A DNA stretch of 64,000 nt. It comes from Paraspadella gotoi. Its lineage: Eukaryota > Animalia > Chaetognatha. Below, in pieces: positions 13,980-30,200 of this stretch (its first letter is position 1; the number at the start of each line of letters is the position of its first letter). The DNA lies in the NCBI GenBank assembly GCA_051294375.1, contig JBJCIZ010000744.1:1168262-1232261 (forward strand), read 5' to 3'. Made by a program: the position numbers and the translations under genes. Under the pieces are notes generated by a model, which worked only from the letters and a program-made list of their open reading frames with translations, was not told the origin of the DNA and ran no database searches.

Positions 13980-15259
13980 TCAAAGATCCTTCCAATAATT
14001 AGGATTCATGGACATCCTTCGCTGAAAATTCTCGAACCACTTTTGCACGACCCTGAGTTCGACGAGCGGCTCCGCAGAACCGGGCGTCAAGGCTGCCGGC
14101 GCCACGGCGAAGGAAGAGGCGTAGTTGAAGAGATTTCGGCACATCTTGGCGGCGAATTCGGCGAAAGAGTCCAACGTCGGCGCGGTGGCGCTGGACGCCG
14201 GCGTCTGCTGCGCCATCTCCGTCAGAGGCTCCACCGAGACGCCGATCTGAGCCAAGCCCGGCGCCGGAGCGGTCAGCTGACCGAGTCCGCCCAGAGAGGA
14301 GAGTTTAGCTGTTTGAGCGAGATTGGAAATCTTGAAGATGGCGCTGGGTTTTTGATTGGAGAGATGACCGAGGAGGACCCAGGTTAAACCTTTTTTTTTG
14401 GGGGGGGGGATAAATTAATAATAAGAAAATTAAAAAAAAAGCAGGTCAAAACCCACAACAGCCTGTCCAGAATCAGATGTAAAGAAGATAGCTTTTGCAG
14501 TTAATAAACGGATAAAAATTGTATACGTTAAACAACCTTCGCGACGAACTACAAAATAGTTGATGACAAGCGATAAACCTCATTTAATCTAATTTGCATA
14601 TTGAAAAATCCTGCGCGTCTACTCTTAAATACATTTTTTTTCCTTCGATTGTTTCACAAATAATTATGAATCAACGGCTCTCCAGTCTCCACTGGAGTCT
14701 CCAGTGATTTCAATGCAAAGAACTGGCGATTCGCTCAGGTCACCAAAGCAGTTGGTAAACTTGGACACAAAATTTGTTTGGCTCAACGCACCACACCTTA
14801 AACGATCGATCCCGGCGGTTGTCCCGCTTCTTTAGCTAAGAGTGCTTGTATAATTGTATAATGTATATTGTATAAACACAGGAGACGACCAACATATGGG
14901 TCGGGTCGCAAGGGTAAAATTTTACTTTCGCCGCCTGGGATTTTACTAAAAAAAAAGATAGTGAAAACTATTTCCTAACTACTCTAACCTTAATCCACCC
15001 GAACTACCTTTAACCCTTACCCCCAGTCGGCGAAAGTATCCCCAGGTTCCCTTCCCTATTCACTACCCTGAGAAGGATCGGACCCCGGCGTCCCCAAGTA
15101 GACGGAACCGCCGTGAGCCTCGGGAAACGCCATCTCTCCCGTCATAAAGATGACGACGTGATTCGCCCCGGCGATGTCGACGTCGAAGACCAGCTGCGTC
15201 GGCGATATTTGCCGACTCTGTGTGTTGACGACGCGGCCCGCTAAGATCACCCCAAACAT
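13980..15259 (-). CDS. HIKESHI: Hikeshi (HSP70 nuclear import carrier, OPI10 family), 2 exons
   Basis: Exon 1 MFGVILAGR..NHVVIFMTG..GGSVY; exon 2 WVLLGHLSNQKPSAIFKIS..AQIGVSVEPL..FNYASSFA..KWFENFQRRM..NPNYWK*. Confidence 0.93.
14925..15036. mobile_element. Miniature TA-flanked inverted-repeat element
   Basis: ta|ctttcgccgcctggg ... cccagtcggcgaaag|ta. The same terminus (tactttcgccgaccgggg) occurs at ~49180. Confidence 0.5.
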
Positions 15260-16841
15260 GGCGACGAGGATTTCGGTGAGAGAAGGTAGGTATCACAAGG
15301 TCGGGATCCTTATCGTTTCGTATGTAATGTTGACACTGGCTTGAAGCTTGGGCAGTTAAGACAAAGCAATTTTGGGACAAGCATGTATTTCAAAATTAAA
15401 TTCATAAAACGTTTGAAATACGTCAAGATGAAGTTCTTTCAGTTTCGTAAGAACTGTAAATTGTCCGGTTTCTAAAATTTTCTGCCTAATTGACTTTAGA
15501 TTTGAGAAACTTCAGGAAAGCTAAACTCTAATAACCAGTTTACCCTATGTGTCCCGATTGGCGAAACAGAGTATATTCGAGAAGCAAAGCCGCCATTTTT
15601 CTTGATGTCAAACCAAAGTTAAAACTCGAAATCTTTTCTTTTCAACGTTTTTTTTCCCTTCAATTCGCAATGCGGAACACCTTTGGTAGGAAAATAAACA
15701 TTCTAAGCAAGTAATGTAATATATATATATATATATTGTGTCGTGAAAAAAAGAAAAAGAAAGAAGGCATTGACATTCCTTGACGCCTACAACGATCGAG
15801 ATTAGGATCTAAATTTTATATTCGATTCTCGGTGGAGACGAATATTTTCTAAGCGACGAAACAGTTTCAGATAAACAACAAACGCCTCTAGAGCTAACAA
15901 GGTTGTATTGTTTAGTTTATATTCCGTGGTTCTTTCACCAACGAAAACAATATAAGCAGAAAAGATAAATGCAGCGAGCGGGCGGAATTGAGTTGGTAAC
16001 CAGTGTTTCGCGAATGGAATATATATATATTCATTTGTTTGGAAAGCACAGCAGCATTAAAAAGGACGACGCGTAAAATTTGATACTAATGACTACAACG
16101 TGAATCCGCGGCGAAGCTCATTACAGGGTAAAGGAAAGAACGAGGCGAGGTAAGGCAAAGAAAGAATCCGGGTAAGTTGACTCGTAAGGCAAAGACGGAG
16201 TAAAAAAAAAGCGAAGAGAAGGTAAGCAAAGGTAAAAGCAACTTAAAAATATAAAGCAAAATAAATGGCGAGGAAGAAAGTAAAGGGAAGATGAGTTAAG
16301 GCAAGAAAAGCACCGATTTTAGAAAGTTGACTAAATAAAAGTTACAAACCAAAAAATGTCAAGAGTAAGAACGTTACTGGCACAAAGTTCGTCCTAGTAA
16401 AAAGCTCTACATTTCTATTTTCTAAATTCCCAAAGTTTTTTTTCTTTTCGAAAGAGCGAAAGAGCTACAAACGAAACGGGCATCCAACTACCTATAAATG
16501 ACGCGCCCTTTCGTCACTTTTAAATTTAAAACGTCACAATTATTAAAAAAAAAAAAAAAAAAAACCAAAACGACTACATTACTTTCGGGCAGTTTTCCAT
16601 TACAATCACAATAAAAATTACCTAAAAACGAGAACGGATGTCGAAATATAAAAAAAAAATATATGCTATTTACTTAAGTTCTCCTCTTTCCCCCCCCGAC
16701 CCCAAAAAATTCTTTGGCAGCGGAATCTTTCGAAGTAAACGACGCAACGCCCACTTCCTTCCACCCCCTTTCAATCCTCCAACTTGATCGGCTTCTCGTC
16801 AGTCTCGTCCAGACAGACAAACGACGCCACGCCCACTTCCT

Positions 16842-20615
<3,774 letters not shown>

Positions 20616-21188
20616 TTTAGCGAGTAGGATTTATTCAGCGAGAGAACTCGATTTAGCGAGAGAATCCAATTTAGCGAGCATCGATAAAAACAAATTCGAG
20701 AAGCGTGTTTTGGATTTAGCGGAGAGGTTACGTAGGATGTTGAAATACTTTATTTCTTTTAACTAAAAAAAAAAAACCTGTTGTTTTCGAGATAAAGGAT
20801 GACGTTCCTATTTTCATTCAACGTTTTTTTTAAAGCGACACGAGTTTCCGTTTCCGTTCTCTGATTCGTCGAAACGGTTCGACCAATCGGAGAAAAGTAG
20901 AACGGGATGACGTCACGACGGTCAAAATGACATCGGGAACCAAAACAGAATTGCGTGTCGCGATAAAAAAACGGAATAAACAATTTAAAACGTAGCGATA
21001 ACAAAGATAAACATTGAAACTAGAAATAGAAACTAAATTTGATATCGGAAATAAAACGACTCTAGAAAAAAACATAACAGTAACAATATTAACTATTAAA
21101 TAAGTAGCCATAACGCTAAGTCCGTTTCGACGAAGCCACGATGCAGTTTCTTTCAAGATTTGTTTTTTTTTTTTAAACAAGTCCCGCT

Positions 21189-24100
21189 TCATAAGTCGTG
21201 ACTGCTTCCCGTAGATTCGACGCTTGCCGCTCCAGTGTCCATAACATTTGCAGCAACATCGCTCACCGCTGTAGCAACAGCAGCGCCGCCATCTTCAGCC
21301 GATTCGCCCCCGCTTCGATGCGAATAGACGCAGTCTTCGCCAAAGCGACAATCGCCGGCGGCGAATCTTTTGCACGCGAACTTTTTGAGATTCGCTTGAG
21401 AATTCGGGTCAGCCTAAAAAATTACAATTTACATTTAAATTTTCAAAAAAATGTAAACAAATTTAAACAAGCTATAATAGAGAGATACATAGCCTATGAT
21501 GGAATACACGGCAAAGACTGCAAATATTACACCTCTTATCATATTGACAAAAAAAAACGGCAATTTTTGTTGACGATATTTACCGCACTATTACAATATT
21601 AAATGTAGTAATCAAGGCTGCATTATCCCATCGATCACCTTTCGCTTCTTATTCTTCTTTTTCATCTCCGACTTCTCTCCGTGCTCGTTGGTGCCGGGTC
21701 TGGCACGAGGCTTGGGTCCCCAGTTCGAGGCCGGGTTGAGGGGGAAGCGTTTAAGGCCTTGGATCTGAGGCGAAGAGGGGGAATAAATTGAAGACACGTT
21801 AGGTTAATCACTCCAATCACTCGTAAATGATGATGAGAACGATAATCACTTTCACCAATAGCGTTTTCACCATCAACTGATGAACGGATGGTCAACTGAT
21901 CTGACCAGTGACCAGTGACCACAAACAAGCGACACGTTTACTGCTTCGCGTCAACCATCTTTCCCAGGCCGAGGTATTTTAACACAATCCCTCACTGTCA
22001 AAAGTTTTCTCGCTTCGTCTTTTAACATTTCACAACTAAAACTAACAATTAATATTAATTGATCAATTAATTAATATTTTAAATCTAATTCTTCGCCGGT
22101 AAAAATCTCCAGTTGACCGACCTGCGAGGGCGACGTGGCGTCGGGATGAAGAGCGAAGTCGATCGTCGACGATGGTTCCACGGATAAAATCCTTTGAGCG
22201 ACGGAACCTTCGGTCAGACGACGGGGATTCACGGGGGAATCTGAATAAAGATATAATAAATATTAATTCATAGATAAAGTTCTTCCATCTTATTTGCATA
22301 TTGTATTAATTAAGAAAGATTATTTGTATACATGGAAACTGTAGGAAAAATTTCTTTATTTCTGGGATAGGATGCGCAAACAACCTTATTCTCCCAAATA
22401 TACCTCCAAATATTCAAATAATACATATCATATACATCATGTATCATTTAGTATGTAATCCGATTTATTCTATTTCTTCATTAGGTAAAACGGCATGATC
22501 CACCGACTTCGTCACGATCGCTGTCGACATGTCACCTTCGACCGAAACATTTCAACTCTCTTAGGAACCTTTAAACCAAAACACATTTTAACCTTCTAAC
22601 TGTTAACTTAAATTCCATCTCACCTTTGACCCAAAATCACTATCATCTATGACCCAAAACCCCTATCTCACCTTTGACCCAAACCCTCATGAGGTCCCAG
22701 AGAAAGCGAGCGTCGGCGTCGGTCTTGATAGAAGACTCGGCGGCGTGAGAGAGGGATACTCTGAATCCGGCGTTAAGTAAAGCCGAACGGAACTTGGCCG
22801 CCGGAGGGGTGAAGCAGTGGAGGGCGCCGCAGATGCCTGAGGGGGGGGTGATGGGGGGAAATGAAGGGAGGATTGGGGGTAAATCGGGGGGAGGGTGGGG
22901 GAAGAAACAAGGTAAGAGGGAGAAATGGCTTAGAATGAAAGGGGAGAAACGGTGATGAACTTGATCGGAAATAAAGATGATGTACATTTGTACGGACTAA
23001 AAAGATCAACTAAAAGCTTCGATGAAATCCCCAACCAGTTTGATTTACGGTTTTAAAATAAAGTGCGCCTCATATCGGGGCCCATTCCTGTATTCTATAA
23101 TACTATAATACTATATACTCGCAACAAACGGCACAGTCAGACATCACAACCGGAACCCTGAATGTCTCCACTCCCGTCCTCACCCTCGTCCAAGACGTAA
23201 TAGAGAGGGACATCCTCCAACTCTTCCTCCACGAGCGTCAACATCCCCACGATTCGATCCTCGGTCTTCAGCGTCGGCGTCGACGGTGACGTCGCCAGTT
23301 CCTTCGCCTGAAAAAAAAAGAAAAAAGACGGGGGTTCATCACGTCGACATTCTGGGGGTCAGAATGTTATTTTAATGGTCAGGCAGTCATTCTGAGGGAT
23401 TAGGTCTTCATTTTGGGGGGGGGGGAATTCAGGTCGTTATTTTAAGGTCGGGTCGTAATTTAGGAGGTCAGACTGCCATTTTAGGGGTCATGTCGTCGTT
23501 TTGCGGGTCAAATAAGACCGTCGATATTAGTCAAACTCACCCTGGCGACGAAGGCAAGGTCGTGGAGAGGATCTGACCAGACTGGGCCGCCGATGTGAAC
23601 ACGGTGACCGCAATGTTCGCACTGGAAGAGATGAAAGGTTGGATTTAATACCAGTGGAAGATCCTCTCCTTCAAATGAATCATTTGCGGAGACAGTGCAT
23701 CAAAAAAATTTTTGATAAATTTTCAATAATCTTAACATAATATAATACAATCTTTATCTCGTCTTAATCCATGCCATATATACGTATTATTAATATACGT
23801 CGAAGCATAAAAGAGAGACATTTCAAGGCTTGGTGGCCCGACTCGTCATTTTTAACCGATTCAAAATTTTTTAGTATAAAAAATGACAGAACAATTATCT
23901 AAATTTCTGGATAAATGAAGTAAAAGACTGCCGCAATATGCAAACTGAATTAAGAGAACGAACGTATTTCGAATAATAATTTAAGAATAACTACCTTATC
24001 CGAGGCGCCGGCGAAAAGAGGCGACGAAAGATATTTGACGCTATTTCCGTTTCGTTCGACGAGACCGAGTGGCTGAAGACGGTGGGAGCCGCAGCCACTG

Positions 24101-26904
24101 GAGGAGAAGAAAGAACGGGAATGAATTAATTAAAGAATGAAATAACCCGTGAATTACCTAAAGGATTTAACTACGCACGTGACAGGAGGCGTCACTGAGG
24201 ATCGGAATTCCTCCAAAGCCAACAGTGAGATGCCCCATCCCAATGGGCCTCAGGGGGAAACCCGGCTGTTGCCATAACGGTTCAGTGAATGAATGACTCA
24301 TAATTTTCTATAAATATAAAACATAGAATCACCTGCAGTTGAAAATCATAGCGGATTTGGTGTAGGCGAGTTTCGCTTGAGCTTGTCCCACGTGGACTCT
24401 GAAAAAAAAAGGAGAAATTGCGTTTATACAAACATTAAATCATAATTAAATTAAGGTGTTTTTTTTTAAGAGGAATTTAAATTAAATTGATTTTTTTTAA
24501 ATTCGAACGATTAAAAAAAATGTCAATTTCAATTAACTTTTCGATACACGATTTTTTTTCGTTCAACGGTCGAAATTTCGGATTTTTTTTTTTTTTTTTG
24601 GAACACGTGATCATTCTTCGATCGATGACGCGATGATCCATTCACCTGACGAAGACCCGGATGTAAAAGTCGATGGAGAGAGAGAGGAGAGGCCGGATGT
24701 ACTTGGAATGCCGGGAGGCGTGGGAGGAGAGGGAGTGGAGGACAACGCGGATGGCCTGTTCGTGGCAGAACTTGGCGCGGAGGGAGATGGAGCTATGAGG
24801 AGGGGAAGAGAGAGAGTGGGAGAGAGTGAGAGAGAGTGAAAGAGAGAGAAAGAGTTTGGAAGAATTGGGAGTGGAGAAAAACCCCGAGTAAAAGTTTATA
24901 ATTTGACTCATTCGCTCATCTTCATCCACCCAACTGAAACGTAGCCTATATTAGACGAGCGACTCACTAAACTAAAACTCACCCATATTTGGTGAAACAT
25001 GTCTCGGGCGTTTGTCCGCACAGGACGGCGGCGTCCGTGCAAGTCACGCACAAGAGTCCGCCGTCTTCGATGGCCTGGAAAGAAGGGTAAGTTCGGATAA
25101 GTTTCCAAATGGTAAACAAAGTCAAGTTGTAGATAATGAAAGATTTAAAAATTTGTTTACAAAGGAAAAAGGGATTAATACAAATTAATGCGTACCGACA
25201 GATCGTTTAAATTAAATAGAATATGAACTAATGTTTTATTAAACGAGTGAGAAATGAGAGAAGCATCGGGCTAAAACCTCACCTGCACAGCAGAGTCCAA
25301 AAAAGGAGCGGCCGTTCCGTAAGGATCGAGATCGATCGTTTGAAAAACTTCGTCCTCATTTTCGACGTCGTCGTCATCCCTAATTTCAACGTATTCCTCG
25401 TCGTCGATGTCATCCTCCCTCTCTCCATTTTTCCTCCTCCTCTTCTCCTTCCCTTCCTCCTCCTCCATGCTCCTCTTCCTCCCCTTCTTCCTCCCTCTAG
25501 CGGCCGCCATCATGAGCGAGACTGCGTCGTCGCAGGTCGTCTTCATCGTCGTCGTCGTCTCGTTTAGTTCCGCGTTTCGCCGCATGAGACGAACGGCGCT
25601 GGGGTCGAGGTCGTTGGCAACGATGCGGAGGGGAGGAGGAAGAGGAGGAGAGGGAGGAGAAGGGCGGAGAAAGAGAGGAATCTCCAGGGAGAATCGGACG
25701 GAGCGAAGGCCGGTCGCGGCGAGGGCTTCCAGGATGCGGAAAGCTGAGGGGGGGGAGTTAAGAATTAATGGCAAAGAGGAAATTGAGGGCAAAGGAGTAA
25801 CTAAGAGAAGTAATAAACAAGGGCATAGGGTATTTAGGGTAAAAAATAAAACGAGCGCAAGGTAAAATTTAAGGCAATTGTGAATTTGTGGGGAAAAGAG
25901 GTAGAACTACTTGAATATTTTCGGGTGAAAGTGAGATTAAAGGCAGAGAAAGATTTAGAGCGAAGACGAGATTAGGGCAAAGGGGAATATATATATATAT
26001 ATATAGAGTAAAGGGAATGAAACAAAATATAGAGCAATGGGAACGAAAGTCAAGTGCAAAGGCGATATGAAACTAAACACGAAAAAAAAAATCATAGTAA
26101 TAATAATAACAACAATACCTCCATATTACAAAACCTACCTTTCTTTTCTCTTTTTCCTTTGGGTAATAATATTAACAACAATACCTCCATATTACAAAAC
26201 CTACCTTTCTTTTCTCTTTTTCCTTTCCTCAGCCACTTGATCTTCCTCCTCCTCATCTTCCCCAACTCCTCTCCTCCTCCTTCCTCCTCTTCCTCCCTCC
26301 ATTTGTTAGCGAAGGCGGCGATGACGACGATAGTCAAATCGCGGTTGAATTCTTGCACCGGATTGTAGAACACGTTGTTGCCCTGTTAACAACGGTTGTA
26401 TAATGTATATTGTAAAGTATAGTAGTGAATGTAATGTTTAGGCAATTATGTTTAACGCAGAAATAGAATTTGAAAGGGTAAACCACAGTTACTTTAATAA
26501 AGTAACGGTCATTACATTATATAAATCGAACTTTTATCCATTTTAATCAGGGCCGAATGAATTTAGCCTTTTAAGGACACGCAATTTCGTTAGTCGCCCT
26601 CTCGGTGATTATAACGTAAAACCATGATAAACTAATTATAAAAAACCTCGAACTCTATTTTTACAATACGCAAAATGGTTTTAGGTCCACTTTAACGATA
26701 ACAATTCCCTGCATTTTTATTCGGAATCATCTCTGTTTTTATCCTATACCCAAAGGAAATAGGACTGCATTCGACTTTACCAAAAACCTTTCCCTCCGGC
26801 TAATAGTCGCTTACCTTTGGAAACAAGACAGTGGCAGCTCCTTCTTTGACGATCGAATATTTATCGTCGTCGACCTCCATCTTTTCTTCTTTCGCTTCAC
26901 TCAT
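21189..26904 (-). CDS. TRMT1: tRNA (guanine-26-N2,N2)-dimethyltransferase TRM1 with C-terminal CCCH zinc finger
   Basis: [11 protein letters not shown] (exon 1); [13 protein letters not shown]; [16 protein letters not shown]; IDLDPYG; [15 protein letters not shown]; [16 protein letters not shown]; NWGPKPRA. A last exon not in the ORF track (~21189-21413) encodes [23 protein letters not shown], with TGA at 21189-21191. Confidence 0.93.
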
Positions 26905-27295
26905 TTTTCAGTCTTTTTTCTTTGAAATTTAAATTTAATTTTTTTTTTCAACTGTAATAAAATAATAAATCGATAATTAACGATAACGTCGTAAACAATT
27001 TGAGACAAAATTATTGATTTCAATCAGAAAAAACGAAAGTAAAAGATACGAACGTGAACTGGGAATTGAGCCAAGAAAATGAAAGAAGATAAAACATCTA
27101 AGAAAAATAAATCAGTTGTTAACGTTATATTTATAAAAAAATTCCATTTCGGAATTTTAGACGACAGTAAAAAGGTTCGCCTTTAATTATAAACCCACAA
27201 ACACCATAGATTTTAGGTTCTAAACAATGCAATGGAATCTCCAAAAAAAGTTTTTTTTGGGGGGGGTCCAAATGATCCCAAATCGAAATCATTTC

Positions 27296-30200
27296 CTATT
27301 CATTCGCAACCATGTCGTGAAAAACAGACCCATCATTGGCCAAAAGACGCTCAGGACTATCGAACTCAACAATCTCACCGTCCTTCATAACCATCACTCG
27401 ATCACAATCCATCACAGTTTTCAGCCTGTGAGCCACCGTGATCACGGTGCAGTCGGCGAACGACTCTCTCACGATTCTTCGAATGACTCGGTCGGTCGCG
27501 CGATCGATGTGCGCCGTCGCTTCGTCCAAAACGACGACGTTGCATCCGCGAAGGATCGCTCTCACCAAACAGATCAACTGTCTTTCCCCAACCGACAAAT
27601 TGGATCCTCCCTCGTTGATCTCAAAATCCAAAACGTCGTCCCTTTCGAAAATCCCGCTCAATCTCAATCTCTTCAAGGTCTTCTCAATCTCGACGGAATT
27701 CTCCGTCGAAGGATCGAGATTGCTCAAGACGCTGCCGCAAAACAAAACCGGATGTTGCGGAACGAGAGCGACTTTGCGGCGGAGATCTTCGAGTCGGATG
27801 GAGAGGACGTCCACGCCGTCGACGAGGACGTTGCCCGTCGGCTCCACGAGGCGGAGGAGGCAATTGACGAGGGTGCTCTTACCGGCGCCGGTTCTGCCGA
27901 CGACGCCGATCTTCTCTCCGGAGGCGACCGAGAAATTGAGGTTCCTCAACGCCGGAAAATCCGGGGAATACGAGAACGAAACGTTCTTGAATTCTATCGT
28001 TCCGAATCTCGGCCAAGATTCCGGCAGCGAAGTTGGAGACGTTCCTTTCGTCTCTTCTCCCTCCAACTCGCAATACTCCACGATCCTTTCCACGGAGACC
28101 ATTTGGCTCTCGATCTCCGCGCTCTGTCGCACCATCCACTGAAAATCTCCCAAGAGATACATGGCGTGAAAGAGGCTTAGCCCGAGCTGACCTCCACTGA
28201 CGCTGGAGCGAAGCCAAACGCCGAGAAAGCAGACGACGGTTACGAAGACGGCGCAGAGGATGTCCAGTCTCACAGCCAACCACCTCGTGGCGGCGATGAG
28301 GGTCAACCAGGCGGCGGAGTGAACGTCTTGCGCCGCGTGGAATTCGTCGAGCAGAATGGATTCGGCGGCGAAGGATCGAATCGTGACGAGGCCTTCGATC
28401 GTCGAGTTCAATTTAGAATAAACTCGACTCTTGGCCGAAGCTTCGAGTCTCTTGACTTGACGAAAAGTGGACAAGTAATAAGATCGGACGACGATCATGA
28501 TCACGACCAAAGGCGCCACCAACAACAACGCCCACGGAGTGACGATCCCGGCGACGACGACGCTGGACAAGCAATTGAAGGCCACGTTGGAAAAGTCGAG
28601 AATGGTCATCGGCAGATGGTCGTCGGTCGCGTTCACGTCTTTGGAGAATCGATTCAAGATTCTGCCCGAAGGATTGAGATGGAAAAAGGAAAGAGGAGAG
28701 GAAGAGACGGAGTCGTACATCGAGTCGTGGAGGCGATGGGAAGAAGAGACGGTCGAGTAGATGGTGAAGAGGCTGCGGACGATGGAGAGGATGAAGACGA
28801 TGGAGATAATGAAAGCATAAATCGATAATCTGTAGTCGTCGTCAATAACAAACGCAGAATTAGCAGACGAATTATTCATCATGGACAAGTTAAAGTCATT
28901 ACCCCTCTCCGTCCAATCGGACAACCAAAAGTCAGAGTAAACGCAAGTCACGTGAAAACAGACGTTTATCGTTATTAAGAGAGGAAGACAATGGATGCCG
29001 GCGACTGAAAAATATCGCCAGTAAACGGACCAGTTTACCGTTCCGATTTTGACTTCTTCGTTGGTATTTTGAAAGTTGATTGAAGCAGTTTGAGTTTCGA
29101 GATTGGACTGGATATATTTGTCGTTGTTGTTGTCGTCGTCGTCTTCTCTATCGTCTTCTTCTTGCAAAGACCTTGCTGCATCTTCGACGGAAATGGATAA
29201 CTTGGAATCCAGTTTCTCGTCCACTAACTGATCATAACTCCCTTCGAACCTCACTTTTCCTTCCTCCATAACAAGGATCCTATCCGCCTGCGGCAAACAC
29301 TCCCTCCGATGTGTCACCAACAGCCGCAATTTGTCCTTCAATCTCCCGCAAACGCAGTCTCTAAAGACTCGACGAGCCACTGCGGCGTCGACCGCTGCGA
29401 GAGGATCGTCGAGTAGATAAACGTCGGCGTCGGCGTACACGGCTCTGGCGAGACTTACTCGCGCCCTCTGTCCGCCGCTCAACGTCGCGCCTCTTTCGCC
29501 GATGGGCGTGGCCTCTCTTTCCGGAAAAGAATCCACGTCTTTCGTCAACTCGCAGATTCGCAAAACATCTCTGAATTTCTCCTCGTCGTACGGACGACCG
29601 AACAGAATATTTTGACGCAGCGAGGCGGGAAAAATCCACGGCTGCTGCGCCGCGTAAGCGACGGAGCCGGACAGACGCAGCGAAGCAGGATTCTCGGAGC
29701 GCAGTTCGCCGAGAAGCGTCAGCAGCAGCGAGGATTTGCCGGAAGCGAAGGGGCCGACGACGACGATCAATTCCGGAGCACTCGCCGAGAAAGAAATCCC
29801 GTCGAGAGTTTTTTTCGAGTTTTCCGAAAGAAAAGGAGTTTTTTCCGGGTTTTTCGATGGAAGATCCAAGTTTTTTAAGATTTTTTCCCGTTTGATCGAC
29901 GAGTTTTCTCGACTTGCATTCGCATCGAGTTGAGATTTTATCTTTTCACAAATTTTGTCAGTAACAACCACAACATCTTCTCTTCTCTTCCACTGCGCGA
30001 TTAAATCTTTCAACTCGATCCTCGCTTCGTCCGACTTATCTTTTTCTATTTTTTCAAATTCGGACAAAAGCAAAAAATTTTCGATTCTTTCCAACGCCAC
30101 CTTCGCCTCTTGAAGACACTGGATGGCGTTGGGGACGTAGAGGAACATGGCGTGACCCAAAAGACGCAAGAGGGCGAAGACTTTGAACAAAACCCCCGCG

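Noticed and set aside
27227-28828. Long plus-strand ORFs (317, 234 and 169 aa) and similar antisense ORFs over other exons
   Set aside because: Antisense shadows of GC-rich coding exons with no recognisable motifs.
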